A DNA stretch of 64,000 nt from an uncultured Pelagibacteraceae bacterium (GTDB lineage: Bacteria; Pseudomonadota; Alphaproteobacteria; Pelagibacterales; Pelagibacteraceae): the NCBI GenBank assembly GCA_902531765.1, contig CACAFC010000001.1, positions 170,261 through 234,260 on the forward strand. The letters are read 5' to 3'. The stretch's first letter is position 1. Each line of letters opens with the position of its first letter. Position numbers and translations under genes: made by a program. The notes under the pieces were generated by a model that searched no databases, was not told the origin of the DNA, and was given only the letters and a program-made list of their open reading frames with translations. Shown one piece after another: positions 1 through 8,274 of the stretch.

Positions 1-2
1 CA

Positions 3-530
3 AATGATGTTTTTTTTGCATTAAGTCACGGTGTACATAGAGGTCAATTAAAAAGTCGATCTTCTGATGACAGAGAAAAATTCATAAAATCTCTAATTAA
101 TAAATGTAAAAATATAAGGTTTGATATTTTTGGTATGGATAATATTCAACCAATTTGGGCGGATCAATATTTCAAAAATATATCTAATTCAAAAATGGGT
201 CTCAACTTAAGTAGGGGAACACCAATAAAATACTACAGTAGTGATAGAATTACTCAAATTATAGGTAATGGCTTGGTCACATTAATTGATGAAAAAACAT
301 GTTATGGTGATTTTTTTGATGATACAGAGATGGTTTTTTACAAGAATATCAATGATTTATCCGAAAAAATTGAAAAAATTTCAGAGGATGAAAAGTTGCG
401 TAAAACAATTGGACAAAAAGGTAAAAATAAATACATGAAATATTTTAATTCAACACTTGTCGCTGATTTTATTATTAATAAGACCTATGAGATAAATGGT
501 GAAAAAAAATATTTATGGCATAAACCATAG
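3..530 (+). CDS. Glycosyltransferase, GT-B/CgeB-like C-terminal domain (5'-partial)
   Basis: The frame of ORF 135..530 stays open back to position 3 (NDVFFALSHGVHRGQLK...). SKMGLNLSRG...YYSSDRITQIIGNG and 'LRKTIGQKGKNK' fit the Glyco_trans_1_2 pattern. Next to a GT2 and an FkbM gene. Confidence 0.7.
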   Translation, partial: NDVFFALSHGVHRGQLKSRSSDDREKFIKSLINKCKNIRFDIFGMDNIQPIWADQYFKNISNSKMGLNLSRGTPIKYYSSDRITQIIGNGLVTLIDEKTCYGDFFDDTEMVFYKNINDLSEKIEKISEDEKLRKTIGQKGKNKYMKYFNSTLVADFIINKTYEINGEKKYLWHKP

Positions 531-531
531 A

Positions 532-1365
532 ATGATTTCCATATTAATTCCAACTTATAATAATTTAGATTATCTAAAACTATGTTTAAAAAGTTTAGAA
601 AAAAATTCTTCTTTAACCCATGAAATAATTATTCATATTAATAATGGCTCAGATGGCACATTAGATTTTATTAAAGCTAACGATTATAAATATACAAGCT
701 CAGATGATAATATAGGTCTCTGTTCATCAATCAATAAGGCTGCAAAATTAGTTTCAAATAAATATATTCTTTATAGTCATGATGATATGTATTTTTGTCC
801 TAATTGGGATAAAGTTTTATTAGATGAAGTTAAAAGTTTAAATCATGATAATTTCTATCTATCTGGAACAATGATTGAACCTAACTCTGGTCATATAGTT
901 TGTAATTTCGGAGTCGATCTAGATACTTTTAACGAGGATGAGTTATTATCTAAGTTTAAAGATATTAATTTTTATGATCATCAAGGCACTCATTTTGCTC
1001 CACATTTAGTTTCAAAAAAAATGTGGGATAAAGTTAGTGGTTTTAGTGAAGAATTTAACCCTGGTATAGGTTCTGATCCAGATTTTAACATGAAGTTGTG
1101 GAGAGAAGGTGTGAGAATATTTAAAGGTTTAAATGATTTTAAAGTTTATCATTTTGGTTCGTTAACAACAAGAAAGAAAAAGAATTTTATCCAAAATAGA
1201 GGCGACAAAACATTTTTAAAAAAATGGGGTTTTTCCACTAAATTTTTCAAGAAACATTATTTAAAATCTAAATCAAAATATGAAGGACCCTTAAATGAAC
1301 CAAAAAAAACTTTTACCTATTTCTTTGATTTACTAATTTGTAAAATAAGATTATTTTTCATATGA
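532..1365 (+). CDS. Glycosyltransferase family 2
   Basis: ISILIPTYN start motif, SHDD (DxD-like), GSDPDFNMKLW, VYHFGS. The in-frame ATG at 532 is preferred to 496 because it follows the upstream stop at 530. Confidence 0.85.
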   Translation: MISILIPTYNNLDYLKLCLKSLEKNSSLTHEIIIHINNGSDGTLDFIKANDYKYTSSDDNIGLCSSINKAAKLVSNKYILYSHDDMYFCPNWDKVLLDEVKSLNHDNFYLSGTMIEPNSGHIVCNFGVDLDTFNEDELLSKFKDINFYDHQGTHFAPHLVSKKMWDKVSGFSEEFNPGIGSDPDFNMKLWREGVRIFKGLNDFKVYHFGSLTTRKKKNFIQNRGDKTFLKKWGFSTKFFKKHYLKSKSKYEGPLNEPKKTFTYFFDLLICKIRLFFI

Positions 1366-1371
1366 AATTTT

Positions 1372-2067
1372 ATGTCTAAATTAATTGATAAATTAAGTAT
1401 TTTAAAAAAAAAAGTTTATTCCCAAAAAAAAAGTTATTCTTTTGGCGGATGTGATCTACTTATTGAATATATTTTCAAATCAAAAAAAAAAGGTTTTTAC
1501 TTAGATGTTGGATGTCAACACCCAGTATCTAATAATAATACCTATTTACTTTATAAAAGAGGTTGGAGTGGAATAAATATTGATTTAGACCCCAAAAATA
1601 TAAGGTTATTCAATTTAGAAAGACCAAATGATATAAATATTTGTAAATGTATATCTTCAGATAATGCTGAAAAAAATTTATTTTTTTTTCACCCTGGATC
1701 ACCAATTAATTCATTAGAAAAAAAAACTATTAAAGATAAATCAAATTTTTCTTTAAAAAAGATCAAAACATTCACACTTAATTCAATTTTAGAAGATTAT
1801 AAAATAAAAGATATAGATTATTTCAATCTAGACGTTGAAGGACATGAAATTGATATATTAAAAAACTTTGATATCAAATATTACAAACCTAAAGTTATCT
1901 CTGTAGAGTTTATTGATTATCAAATGAAAGAATTAGAGTTTAAAAATAACAATATTGATAGAGTATTACAATCTGATCTTTACAAATATTTTATTTCTAA
2001 TGATTATTATTTTGTTAATTGGTCTCATGCAGATTTAATTTTCGTATATAAAGATTTTAGGAGCTAG
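1372..2067 (+). CDS. FkbM family SAM-dependent methyltransferase
   Basis: YSFGGCD, FYLDVGCQHP..NNT, GWSGINID and IDYFNLDVEGHE motifs. Confidence 0.85.
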   Translation: MSKLIDKLSILKKKVYSQKKSYSFGGCDLLIEYIFKSKKKGFYLDVGCQHPVSNNNTYLLYKRGWSGINIDLDPKNIRLFNLERPNDINICKCISSDNAEKNLFFFHPGSPINSLEKKTIKDKSNFSLKKIKTFTLNSILEDYKIKDIDYFNLDVEGHEIDILKNFDIKYYKPKVISVEFIDYQMKELEFKNNNIDRVLQSDLYKYFISNDYYFVNWSHADLIFVYKDFRS

Positions 2068-3017
2068 ATCTTTATTTTATTTAAAGCATTATTCTTAAAT
2101 ATATTCGCTTCTCTAATATATCTTCTAACCATTTGTGTTGTTTTATGACCCGTCATAGCCATTATACTTCGCTCATCTGCACCAGATTCGGCAGCTACTG
2201 TTGCAAAACCTGACCTTAAACTATGACCAGCAAAATTTTTATTTTCTATACCTGCTAAATTTAAATATTCTTTTATCAATAAAACTACAGATTGATCGGT
2301 TAATCTTTTATCCGTCAATGATGAACCTTTAGAAAATCTTCTAAAAATTGGTCCAGACTTAATTTGAGAAACCTCTAACCATTTTTTTACATTCATGACT
2401 GGACAGTAAATTTCATTGGTGAAGAAGGGTAGTCCCTTGATCATTCCCTCGCCAAATTGATCAGTTTTAGATCTTTTTATAGAAATTTTAAGACCCTCCG
2501 GAACAAATTCTAAATCTTCATGATCAATAGAAATCAGTTCTGTTCTCCTAAATCCACCTCCAAAGCCAATTAGTATTATTGATTTGTCTCTAAGTTTTTT
2601 AATTTCATTAACTTTTTGCTCATCTATTACATTTATAATTAATTTTAAATGATTGATTAATAATGGTTTTTTTCCTTTTTGAATACTTCCTTTGACCCTT
2701 CTTATTCCCATTAAATTTTCAACTATAATTGGATGTTTAGTGTCTAGATAATGCCCTTTCAACTTGTGAACCATACTTATAGATACTAGTCTTCGTCTTA
2801 AAGTGCTTATTTTTGAGTTTTTTGATAAATGTGTAAGGTACAGAGAAACTATTTTTGGTTCAGTTGGCAATGAATTTAAGCCATGCCTTGCACAAAAAGC
2901 TCCAAAGTCTTTAAAATCAGATTTATAAGCTCTCAAAGTGTTATTTGCCTTCGAACTTTTGAGGTTATTTAATGTTGCCTCATGCAATGATTTTAGGTCT
3001 GTTATTAACTCGCTCAT
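2064..3017 (-). CDS. Tyrosine recombinase, Cre-like (N-terminal SAM-like domain plus complete catalytic domain)
   Basis: Catalytic set present: GFRRTEL (R), RSKTDQ (K), GHSLRSG (HxxR), MTGH (H), MVRRYIR (Y). The N-terminus NTLRAYKSD..F..FC...LP..P..V..YL...STLRRRLVSI is typical of Cre-like integrases rather than XerC/XerD. Confidence 0.9.
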   Translation of the reverse strand: MSELITDLKSLHEATLNNLKSSKANNTLRAYKSDFKDFGAFCARHGLNSLPTEPKIVSLYLTHLSKNSKISTLRRRLVSISMVHKLKGHYLDTKHPIIVENLMGIRRVKGSIQKGKKPLLINHLKLIINVIDEQKVNEIKKLRDKSIILIGFGGGFRRTELISIDHEDLEFVPEGLKISIKRSKTDQFGEGMIKGLPFFTNEIYCPVMNVKKWLEVSQIKSGPIFRRFSKGSSLTDKRLTDQSVVLLIKEYLNLAGIENKNFAGHSLRSGFATVAAESGADERSIMAMTGHKTTQMVRRYIREANIFKNNALNKIKI

Positions 3018-3019
3018 AT

Positions 3020-3056
3020 TATTACTATTGATAACAATTAATTATCATTAGTAATA
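3020..3056. other. Putative recombination/binding site: 15-bp inverted arms with a 7-bp asymmetric spacer (lox/dif-like)
   Basis: TATTACTATTGATAA-CAATTAA-TTATCATTAGTAATA. The arms match at 14/15 as reverse complements. It begins 2 bp upstream of the recombinase ATG. Confidence 0.7.
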
Positions 3057-3079
3057 TATCAAGTGATTTTTAATGTCAA
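3051..3079 (-). promoter_or_regulatory. Probable sigma70 promoter of the recombinase
   Basis: Perfect TTGACA at 3079-3074 on the minus strand. The -10 position (about 3058-3051, TATATT/TATTAC) is imperfect and falls in the right arm of the inverted repeat. Confidence 0.45.
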
Positions 3080-3098
3080 TAGTTTAAATTAATAAGTT

Positions 3099-3275
3099 AT
3101 GGGTTCAATTGATGGCGAAATTCCTGCGGTATGGTTTTTAATAAGTTCTATTGGTTTCATGATCTTAACTTTTATACAATATAGAAATACAGGAAAAAGC
3201 TTTAATACGATATTTCTGTCTGTGATGGCGATCATTTTCTTTGTTAGTTACATAATTTTATTAATTCCACGCTAA
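3099..3275 (+). CDS. Small membrane protein, 58 aa, two hydrophobic segments (not in the ORF track)
   Basis: Manual translation MGSIDGEIPAVWFLISSIGFMILTFIQYRNTGKSFNTIFLSVMAIIFFVSYIILLIPR*. It fills the gap between the recombinase promoter and ogt. Confidence 0.6.
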   Translation: MGSIDGEIPAVWFLISSIGFMILTFIQYRNTGKSFNTIFLSVMAIIFFVSYIILLIPR

Positions 3276-3281
3276 AAATCA

Positions 3282-3551
3282 GTGAAAGGAACAAAGTTTC
3301 AATTAAAAGTTTGGAAATACCTTAAAACTATACCAAAAGGTAAGGTAAAAACCTATAAAGAGGTTGCTATTGGCATTAAAAGTCCTAAATCAGCTCGTGC
3401 TGTAGCCAACGCTTGTGCTAAAAACCCATATGCCCCAAAAATACCCTGTCATAGGGTGATTAGGTCCGATGGGGCTCTTGGAGGCTATTCAGGAAGAGGT
3501 GGAATTAAGCAAAAGCTTAAACTTCTTAGATCTGAAAAGGTAGTGATTTAA
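3282..3551 (+). CDS. ogt: Methylated-DNA--protein-cysteine methyltransferase (C-terminal domain only)
   Basis: FQLKVW..L..IP.G.V.TY, ARAVANACAKNP, and the active-site IPCHRVI motif. GTG start. Confidence 0.9.
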   Translation: MKGTKFQLKVWKYLKTIPKGKVKTYKEVAIGIKSPKSARAVANACAKNPYAPKIPCHRVIRSDGALGGYSGRGGIKQKLKLLRSEKVVI

Positions 3552-4009
3552 ACCTATTTTGAAGCTTTTTTTTTAAAAAAAACTAGTAAAATCAATGTTT
3601 TTTGATATTTTTACTTGATTTTCCATAAAATAGTATAATTCACCCTTCAGTTGTACTATATATTAACCTACGCCTAAAATAGACCCCTATATGGCCGTTT
3701 AAATGGTATATTCAGTTAGTGCATCGCTCTACTATTCAACTATATCAACACTTTTAAAACACCCTATTTATTCATGATTTTATATTTTCTGAAGCCTAAA
3801 AAGCCCTGATTTTAAATGATAATTTAATATTTATAGATTTAGTTACTAATTTTAACAAATTAAGCTAAAAAAATTTTTTTTAATCAAATAAAATCATTTT
3901 TAATTGAGTTCTTATAGAAATTAATATCTAATAAATATCTAATAATTACAATGGTTTACATTTTATAATTAATATAATGCTTTAAGTTTTAGTAAATAAA
4001 TAATACCTA

Positions 4010-4861
4010 TTATTTAATCTTTTTAACCAAGTTCTCTCTTCTAGAAATATAGATGCCACTTAATATAATTATAAATAATCCTAGGAAGGTCCAATTATCT
4101 GGAAAGTCACTAAAGAAGTAATAACCTATAATGATGTTTGTAATGATTTCGAAATAACTAAATGGAGCTAATTTAGAGGCATCAGCATATTCAAGGGATA
4201 ATATTAAAAATAAATGACCAATACAGGCAAATATCCCAATTGCAGCCATCATAGACCACTGATTTAAAGTAGGCGTTACCCAAACAAATGGCATTATTGT
4301 GGAAACTATTATAGCCCCTACTACACCAGTTAATAACAAAGTTAATAAAGGGTTGTCTGAAACACTTAATTTACGGGTAATAATCAAATAAAATCCATAC
4401 ATTATACCTGTACCAAGAGCAGCTATACTCGCTAAGTTAATTTCTACAAACCCAGGTCTTATAACAACTAATGAACCTATAAATCCAATAATTACAGCAG
4501 ACCATCTTCTAAAACCGACCTTTTCTCCCAAAAAAATTGGAGAGAAAGCTGTAACAATTAAAGGTGCAACAAAAGCTAAAGTTAATGCTTTTGCTAAAGA
4601 AATTACTGAAATTGAATAAAAAAAACAGATATTAGCTGTTAAAAGAATTAGACCTCTTATAAATTGTAATTTTGGTTTATCTGTCCAAACAAGATTTTTT
4701 CTAAAAAAGAAAAACATAATCGGAAGAGTAAATGCAACTGTAAAAAAATACCTAGCCCATGTAATTTGTAAAACAGGAAGATCTGCACTCAAATATTTTG
4801 CAAATCCATCCATAATAGGAAGCATTACCCACGCTAAAAGATTGAAAGTTATAGCCTTCAT
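4010..4861 (-). CDS. DMT/EamA family transporter
   Basis: About 10 hydrophobic segments, LAFVAPL..LGEKVG.RRW.A and ASKLAPFSY motifs. Confidence 0.9.
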   Translation of the reverse strand: MKAITFNLLAWVMLPIMDGFAKYLSADLPVLQITWARYFFTVAFTLPIMFFFFRKNLVWTDKPKLQFIRGLILLTANICFFYSISVISLAKALTLAFVAPLIVTAFSPIFLGEKVGFRRWSAVIIGFIGSLVVIRPGFVEINLASIAALGTGIMYGFYLIITRKLSVSDNPLLTLLLTGVVGAIIVSTIMPFVWVTPTLNQWSMMAAIGIFACIGHLFLILSLEYADASKLAPFSYFEIITNIIIGYYFFSDFPDNWTFLGLFIIILSGIYISRRENLVKKIK

Positions 4862-4879
4862 GAACTTAAAGGATATAGA

Positions 4880-5776
4880 TTAATTGAAGTATTTTAAAGC
4901 AAAGAATACAACAACTGGAATAGTTATAAAGGACATTAAAGTTGAAGTAACTATTGTACTGGCAACACTATCAACAATTTTTTTTGGTGAATACATGCTG
5001 CCAACTAAATAGTTCAATATAGCACTTGGCATTGCACTTTGTATAAGTAAAACACCCGCGGCCAGTCCAGATAAATCAAAATTATAAATCAAAGTAAATG
5101 CTATTAAGGGTCCTATTATTACCCTACATAAGGATAAAATAATTGAGTTTTTCAATGAAAATTTAAATTTAGTAAGAGCAATACCTAATGACATTAAAAC
5201 TAAGAAAATTGTTGCGTATGTTAAAAGAAATGTTGTGTTTTCAAGAAATAAAGGTGTGTCAATTTCAAAATATAAAAAGAAAACAGATATAAAAATAGCG
5301 TACACAGGTGGACTTTTAATTAAAATATCAAAAGAAAAACTTTTTTTTGCTAAAAAAACACCTAGTGTAAAATGAAACAAAATTATGACGGATGCTATAG
5401 CAGATGCAACACCAAGACCCTGAGTACCATATGCAAAAAGACAAATTGGTACACCCATATTACCTGTATTTGGTAGAATTAATGGAGGAAGCTCCATACT
5501 TAGATCCTTTTTAAGAAAAAAAAGAAGAAAAAGCCCAACAATTGCAAAACCAGCAATCATTATTATGGCATAAATAAAATAATGAATAAAAATACTTAAA
5601 GTAATTCCTGTTGTTGTTACTGTATAAAAAATCATTGCTGGTGTACCAATGTTTCCAGCAAAATTTGTTATAAAATTAGTATCGAATTTAGGGTTTTTCT
5701 TACCCAGATAATAACCAACACCAATAACAAAAAAAACAGGAAAAATAACTTCAAAAATTTTAATATAAATTTCCAT
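4880..5776 (-). CDS. AEC (auxin efflux carrier/malate permease) family transporter
   Basis: PNTGNMGVPICLFAYG and IQSAMPSA motifs; multi-TM. Confidence 0.85.
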   Translation of the reverse strand: MEIYIKIFEVIFPVFFVIGVGYYLGKKNPKFDTNFITNFAGNIGTPAMIFYTVTTTGITLSIFIHYFIYAIIMIAGFAIVGLFLLFFLKKDLSMELPPLILPNTGNMGVPICLFAYGTQGLGVASAIASVIILFHFTLGVFLAKKSFSFDILIKSPPVYAIFISVFFLYFEIDTPLFLENTTFLLTYATIFLVLMSLGIALTKFKFSLKNSIILSLCRVIIGPLIAFTLIYNFDLSGLAAGVLLIQSAMPSAILNYLVGSMYSPKKIVDSVASTIVTSTLMSFITIPVVVFFALKYFN

Positions 5777-7068
5777 TAATTATATAATCTAATTAATGTT
5801 GGAAATTTTAAAATATTTCTATTCTTTCTAAATATCGATAAACAATTTCTTGCATTTTTTTCTGATGTTTTATGGGTAATTATAACAATAGTAGCTGAAT
5901 TTCTTTTTTTTTCAGGTGTTTGTATAATTCTTTTTACAGAAATTTTATATTTAGCAAGTTGATTAGTTATAGAAGATAGAACACCTTGCTTATCTTTAAC
6001 CTCAAATCTTAAATATAATGAGTTTGAATAGTCGTCATTATTAAAGATTTTTACTACTTTTCTTTTATTTGAGGAAATTCCAAAAGGATACTTAATATTT
6101 CCTCTTAGAATAGATAATAAATCAGATAATAAAGAAGATGAAGTAGGTCCTGGTCCTGCGCCCTCCCCTTGAAGTATGCTCTCACCAACGGGCTTTCCCT
6201 CCGTAATAACAGCGTTCATGACACCATTAACATTACCTATGTATGTGTCTTTATTAACTAAACACGGATGAACAGTTTCAAATAAACGATTATTTATCAT
6301 TTCACATATACCAAGTAACTTAATTCTAAGATTTAATTGATTTGCAATTTTAATATCTTTTAGATCAATATTTTCTATACCTTCCATAATACATTTGTGA
6401 TTTGAAATTTGATTATTAAATGCAAGAGCTGACAAAATTCTAATTTTTGCGAAAGCGTCAAACCCATTCAAATCTAATTTAGGATTACCAGGTTCAGCAT
6501 ACCCTAGTACTTGAGCTTTTTTTAAAACTTTATCAAAATTTTCATTTGATTTTTCCATTTCAGTTAAAATATAATTAGTAGTTCCATTTAAAATTCCATA
6601 AACTTTTTTTATTTTGTTCGTAGCCAAGCCCTCTTTAATTGTTCTAAGTATTGGGATACCTCCAGCAACAGAAGCTTCAAATTCTAAATTTACATTATTC
6701 TTCTCAGCTAATTTAGCTAATTCATTTCCATGTTTTGCAATTAAAGCTTTATTCGGTGTAATGACATTAACCTTGTTTTTTAACGCCATTACAACAATTT
6801 TTTTTGAAATTCCATCGGATTGACCAATAGACTCAAATAAAATGTCTATCTTCTTTTCTTTTAAAATTTTAAAAGGGTTCGTATAAAAAATTTTTTTATT
6901 AATACTATATTTTCTTTTTTTATTTCTATTTTTTGCAGATATTGCAACAATATTTATCTTTTTTCCTGTTTTAATTTCTATTTCTTTTTTTTTTAGTCTT
7001 AATTCATTGTAAAGATAAATGCCTACCTGACCCAAACCAACAACTGCGATGTTAACTATTTTATTCAT
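5776..7068 (-). CDS. hom: Homoserine dehydrogenase with C-terminal ACT domain
   Basis: GLGQVG, ITPNKA, FEASVAGGIP, GILNGTTNYIL, GYAEP, GAGPGPT. Confidence 0.95.
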   Translation of the reverse strand: MNKIVNIAVVGLGQVGIYLYNELRLKKKEIEIKTGKKINIVAISAKNRNKKRKYSINKKIFYTNPFKILKEKKIDILFESIGQSDGISKKIVVMALKNKVNVITPNKALIAKHGNELAKLAEKNNVNLEFEASVAGGIPILRTIKEGLATNKIKKVYGILNGTTNYILTEMEKSNENFDKVLKKAQVLGYAEPGNPKLDLNGFDAFAKIRILSALAFNNQISNHKCIMEGIENIDLKDIKIANQLNLRIKLLGICEMINNRLFETVHPCLVNKDTYIGNVNGVMNAVITEGKPVGESILQGEGAGPGPTSSSLLSDLLSILRGNIKYPFGISSNKRKVVKIFNNDDYSNSLYLRFEVKDKQGVLSSITNQLAKYKISVKRIIQTPEKKRNSATIVIITHKTSEKNARNCLSIFRKNRNILKFPTLIRLYN

Positions 7069-7222
7069 CTATATTTGGGAAATCACTGTTATCTACGTAA
7101 ATTTTTAAATTTGATTTAAATTCTTCAAAAGTTAGATCTTTTGAAAACTTTATTTCTTTCTCAGTATGAACAGGGGCACAAGAAATAACTAGTAATAAAA
7201 TCAATAATGGTAATTTTTTCAT
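7061..7222 (-). CDS. Small lipoprotein, 53 aa (not in the ORF track)
   Basis: Manual translation MKKLPLLILLLVISCAPVHTEKEIKFSKDLTFEEFKSNLKIYVDNSDFPNIDE*. Lipobox-like LVISC, ATGA overlap with the argC stop, and overlap with the hom start. Confidence 0.75.
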   Translation of the reverse strand: MKKLPLLILLLVISCAPVHTEKEIKFSKDLTFEEFKSNLKIYVDNSDFPNIDE

Positions 7223-8241
7223 GATAATCCCTCACTAATTTTATAACCAAATTTCAAATTCATATTTTGAACCGCTTGACCCGCTCCTCCTTTAATAAGA
7301 TTATCAATGGCTGATAAAATTATTATTTTATCTTTAAATTTAGTTTTGCAGACAGAAATAAAGCAATAATTAGTATTCATAACGTCATTTGTGCTCAAAA
7401 AAGAGTTAACACTCTTTATTTTTACAAATTTATTCTTTTTATGAAATTTTTTCAAAATATTTTGGACATTATTTAAAGTAGTGCCTGGTTTTAAATCCAA
7501 ATAAATAGTACTTAAAATTCCTCTAAACATTGGAATAATATGAGGGGTAAATGTAAAATTAATTTTTGAAGATGTATTTTTTTTTAATTCTTGATGAATT
7601 TCTGAATTATGTCGATGAAATCCTACTCCATATGCACTGAGAGATTCGTATAAATTTTTATTTTTGAATTTTTTGTGTACTCCTCTACCCGCTCCAGAAT
7701 ATCCAGATTTCGAGTCTATAATGATATTATTTAAGTTAATTGATCTTTTTTTAACTAATGGAATAAGTGGTAAAAGTATTGATGTGGGGTAGCAACCCGG
7801 GCAACCAATAATATTAAATTTTTTTACTAATTTTCCTGTTATTTCCGGCAAAGCATAGATACTTTTTTTTACATTACTTAATGCCTTATGTTTTTGTTTA
7901 TACCATTTTAAATAATCAGAACCTTTTTTTAGTCTAAAATCTGCAGCTAAATCAATTAAAGTATTTTTTTTTAATAAATCTTTTGAGATAGCTTGAGCCT
8001 CTCCATTTGGTAAGGCAGTAAATATAATGTCAACATTAACCAAATATTTTTTATTGTACTTAGTAATTCTTGGTAAATTTTTTGACTTTAAGGAAATATC
8101 ATAAGATGAGATTTTTTTTCCAGCTGAGGAATTTCCGCATAGATATTTTATATTAATATTCTTATGTTTAATTAATAATTTAATTAATTGAACACCAATA
8201 TATCCAGTTGATCCAGCAATTAGTACATTAAGCTTAGACAT
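7219..8241 (-). CDS. argC: N-acetyl-gamma-glutamyl-phosphate reductase
   Basis: GSTGYIG, DLAADFRL, PGCYPTS, SGYSGAG, IDNLIKGGAGQAVQN. Confidence 0.97.
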   Translation of the reverse strand: MSKLNVLIAGSTGYIGVQLIKLLIKHKNINIKYLCGNSSAGKKISSYDISLKSKNLPRITKYNKKYLVNVDIIFTALPNGEAQAISKDLLKKNTLIDLAADFRLKKGSDYLKWYKQKHKALSNVKKSIYALPEITGKLVKKFNIIGCPGCYPTSILLPLIPLVKKRSINLNNIIIDSKSGYSGAGRGVHKKFKNKNLYESLSAYGVGFHRHNSEIHQELKKNTSSKINFTFTPHIIPMFRGILSTIYLDLKPGTTLNNVQNILKKFHKKNKFVKIKSVNSFLSTNDVMNTNYCFISVCKTKFKDKIIILSAIDNLIKGGAGQAVQNMNLKFGYKISEGLS

Positions 8242-8274
8242 TTAATATTATAACAGTTAAAAGTTAAAAAAGAA

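Noticed and set aside
2064-3017. Recombinase as a prophage or ICE integrase
   Set aside because: No phage, conjugation or excisionase genes nearby, no adjacent tRNA, and no direct-repeat att pair seen in the window. An island extending left of the window cannot be excluded.
2064-3017. Naming the gene xerC or xerD
   Set aside because: The N-terminal and catalytic-region motifs are Cre-like (RSKTDQ.G.G, GHSLRSG, MVRRYIR) rather than XerC/D (HSFATH, LGH...TT.IY), and the site is nearly symmetric.
3703-3775. 24-aa ORF MVYSVSASLYYSTISTLLKHPIYS in the long spacer
   Set aside because: Too short, no RBS and no recognisable features; expected by chance.
3552-4009. AT-rich tract as oriC
   Set aside because: I saw no DnaA boxes (TTATCCACA-like), and ribosomal genes point toward this region rather than away from it.
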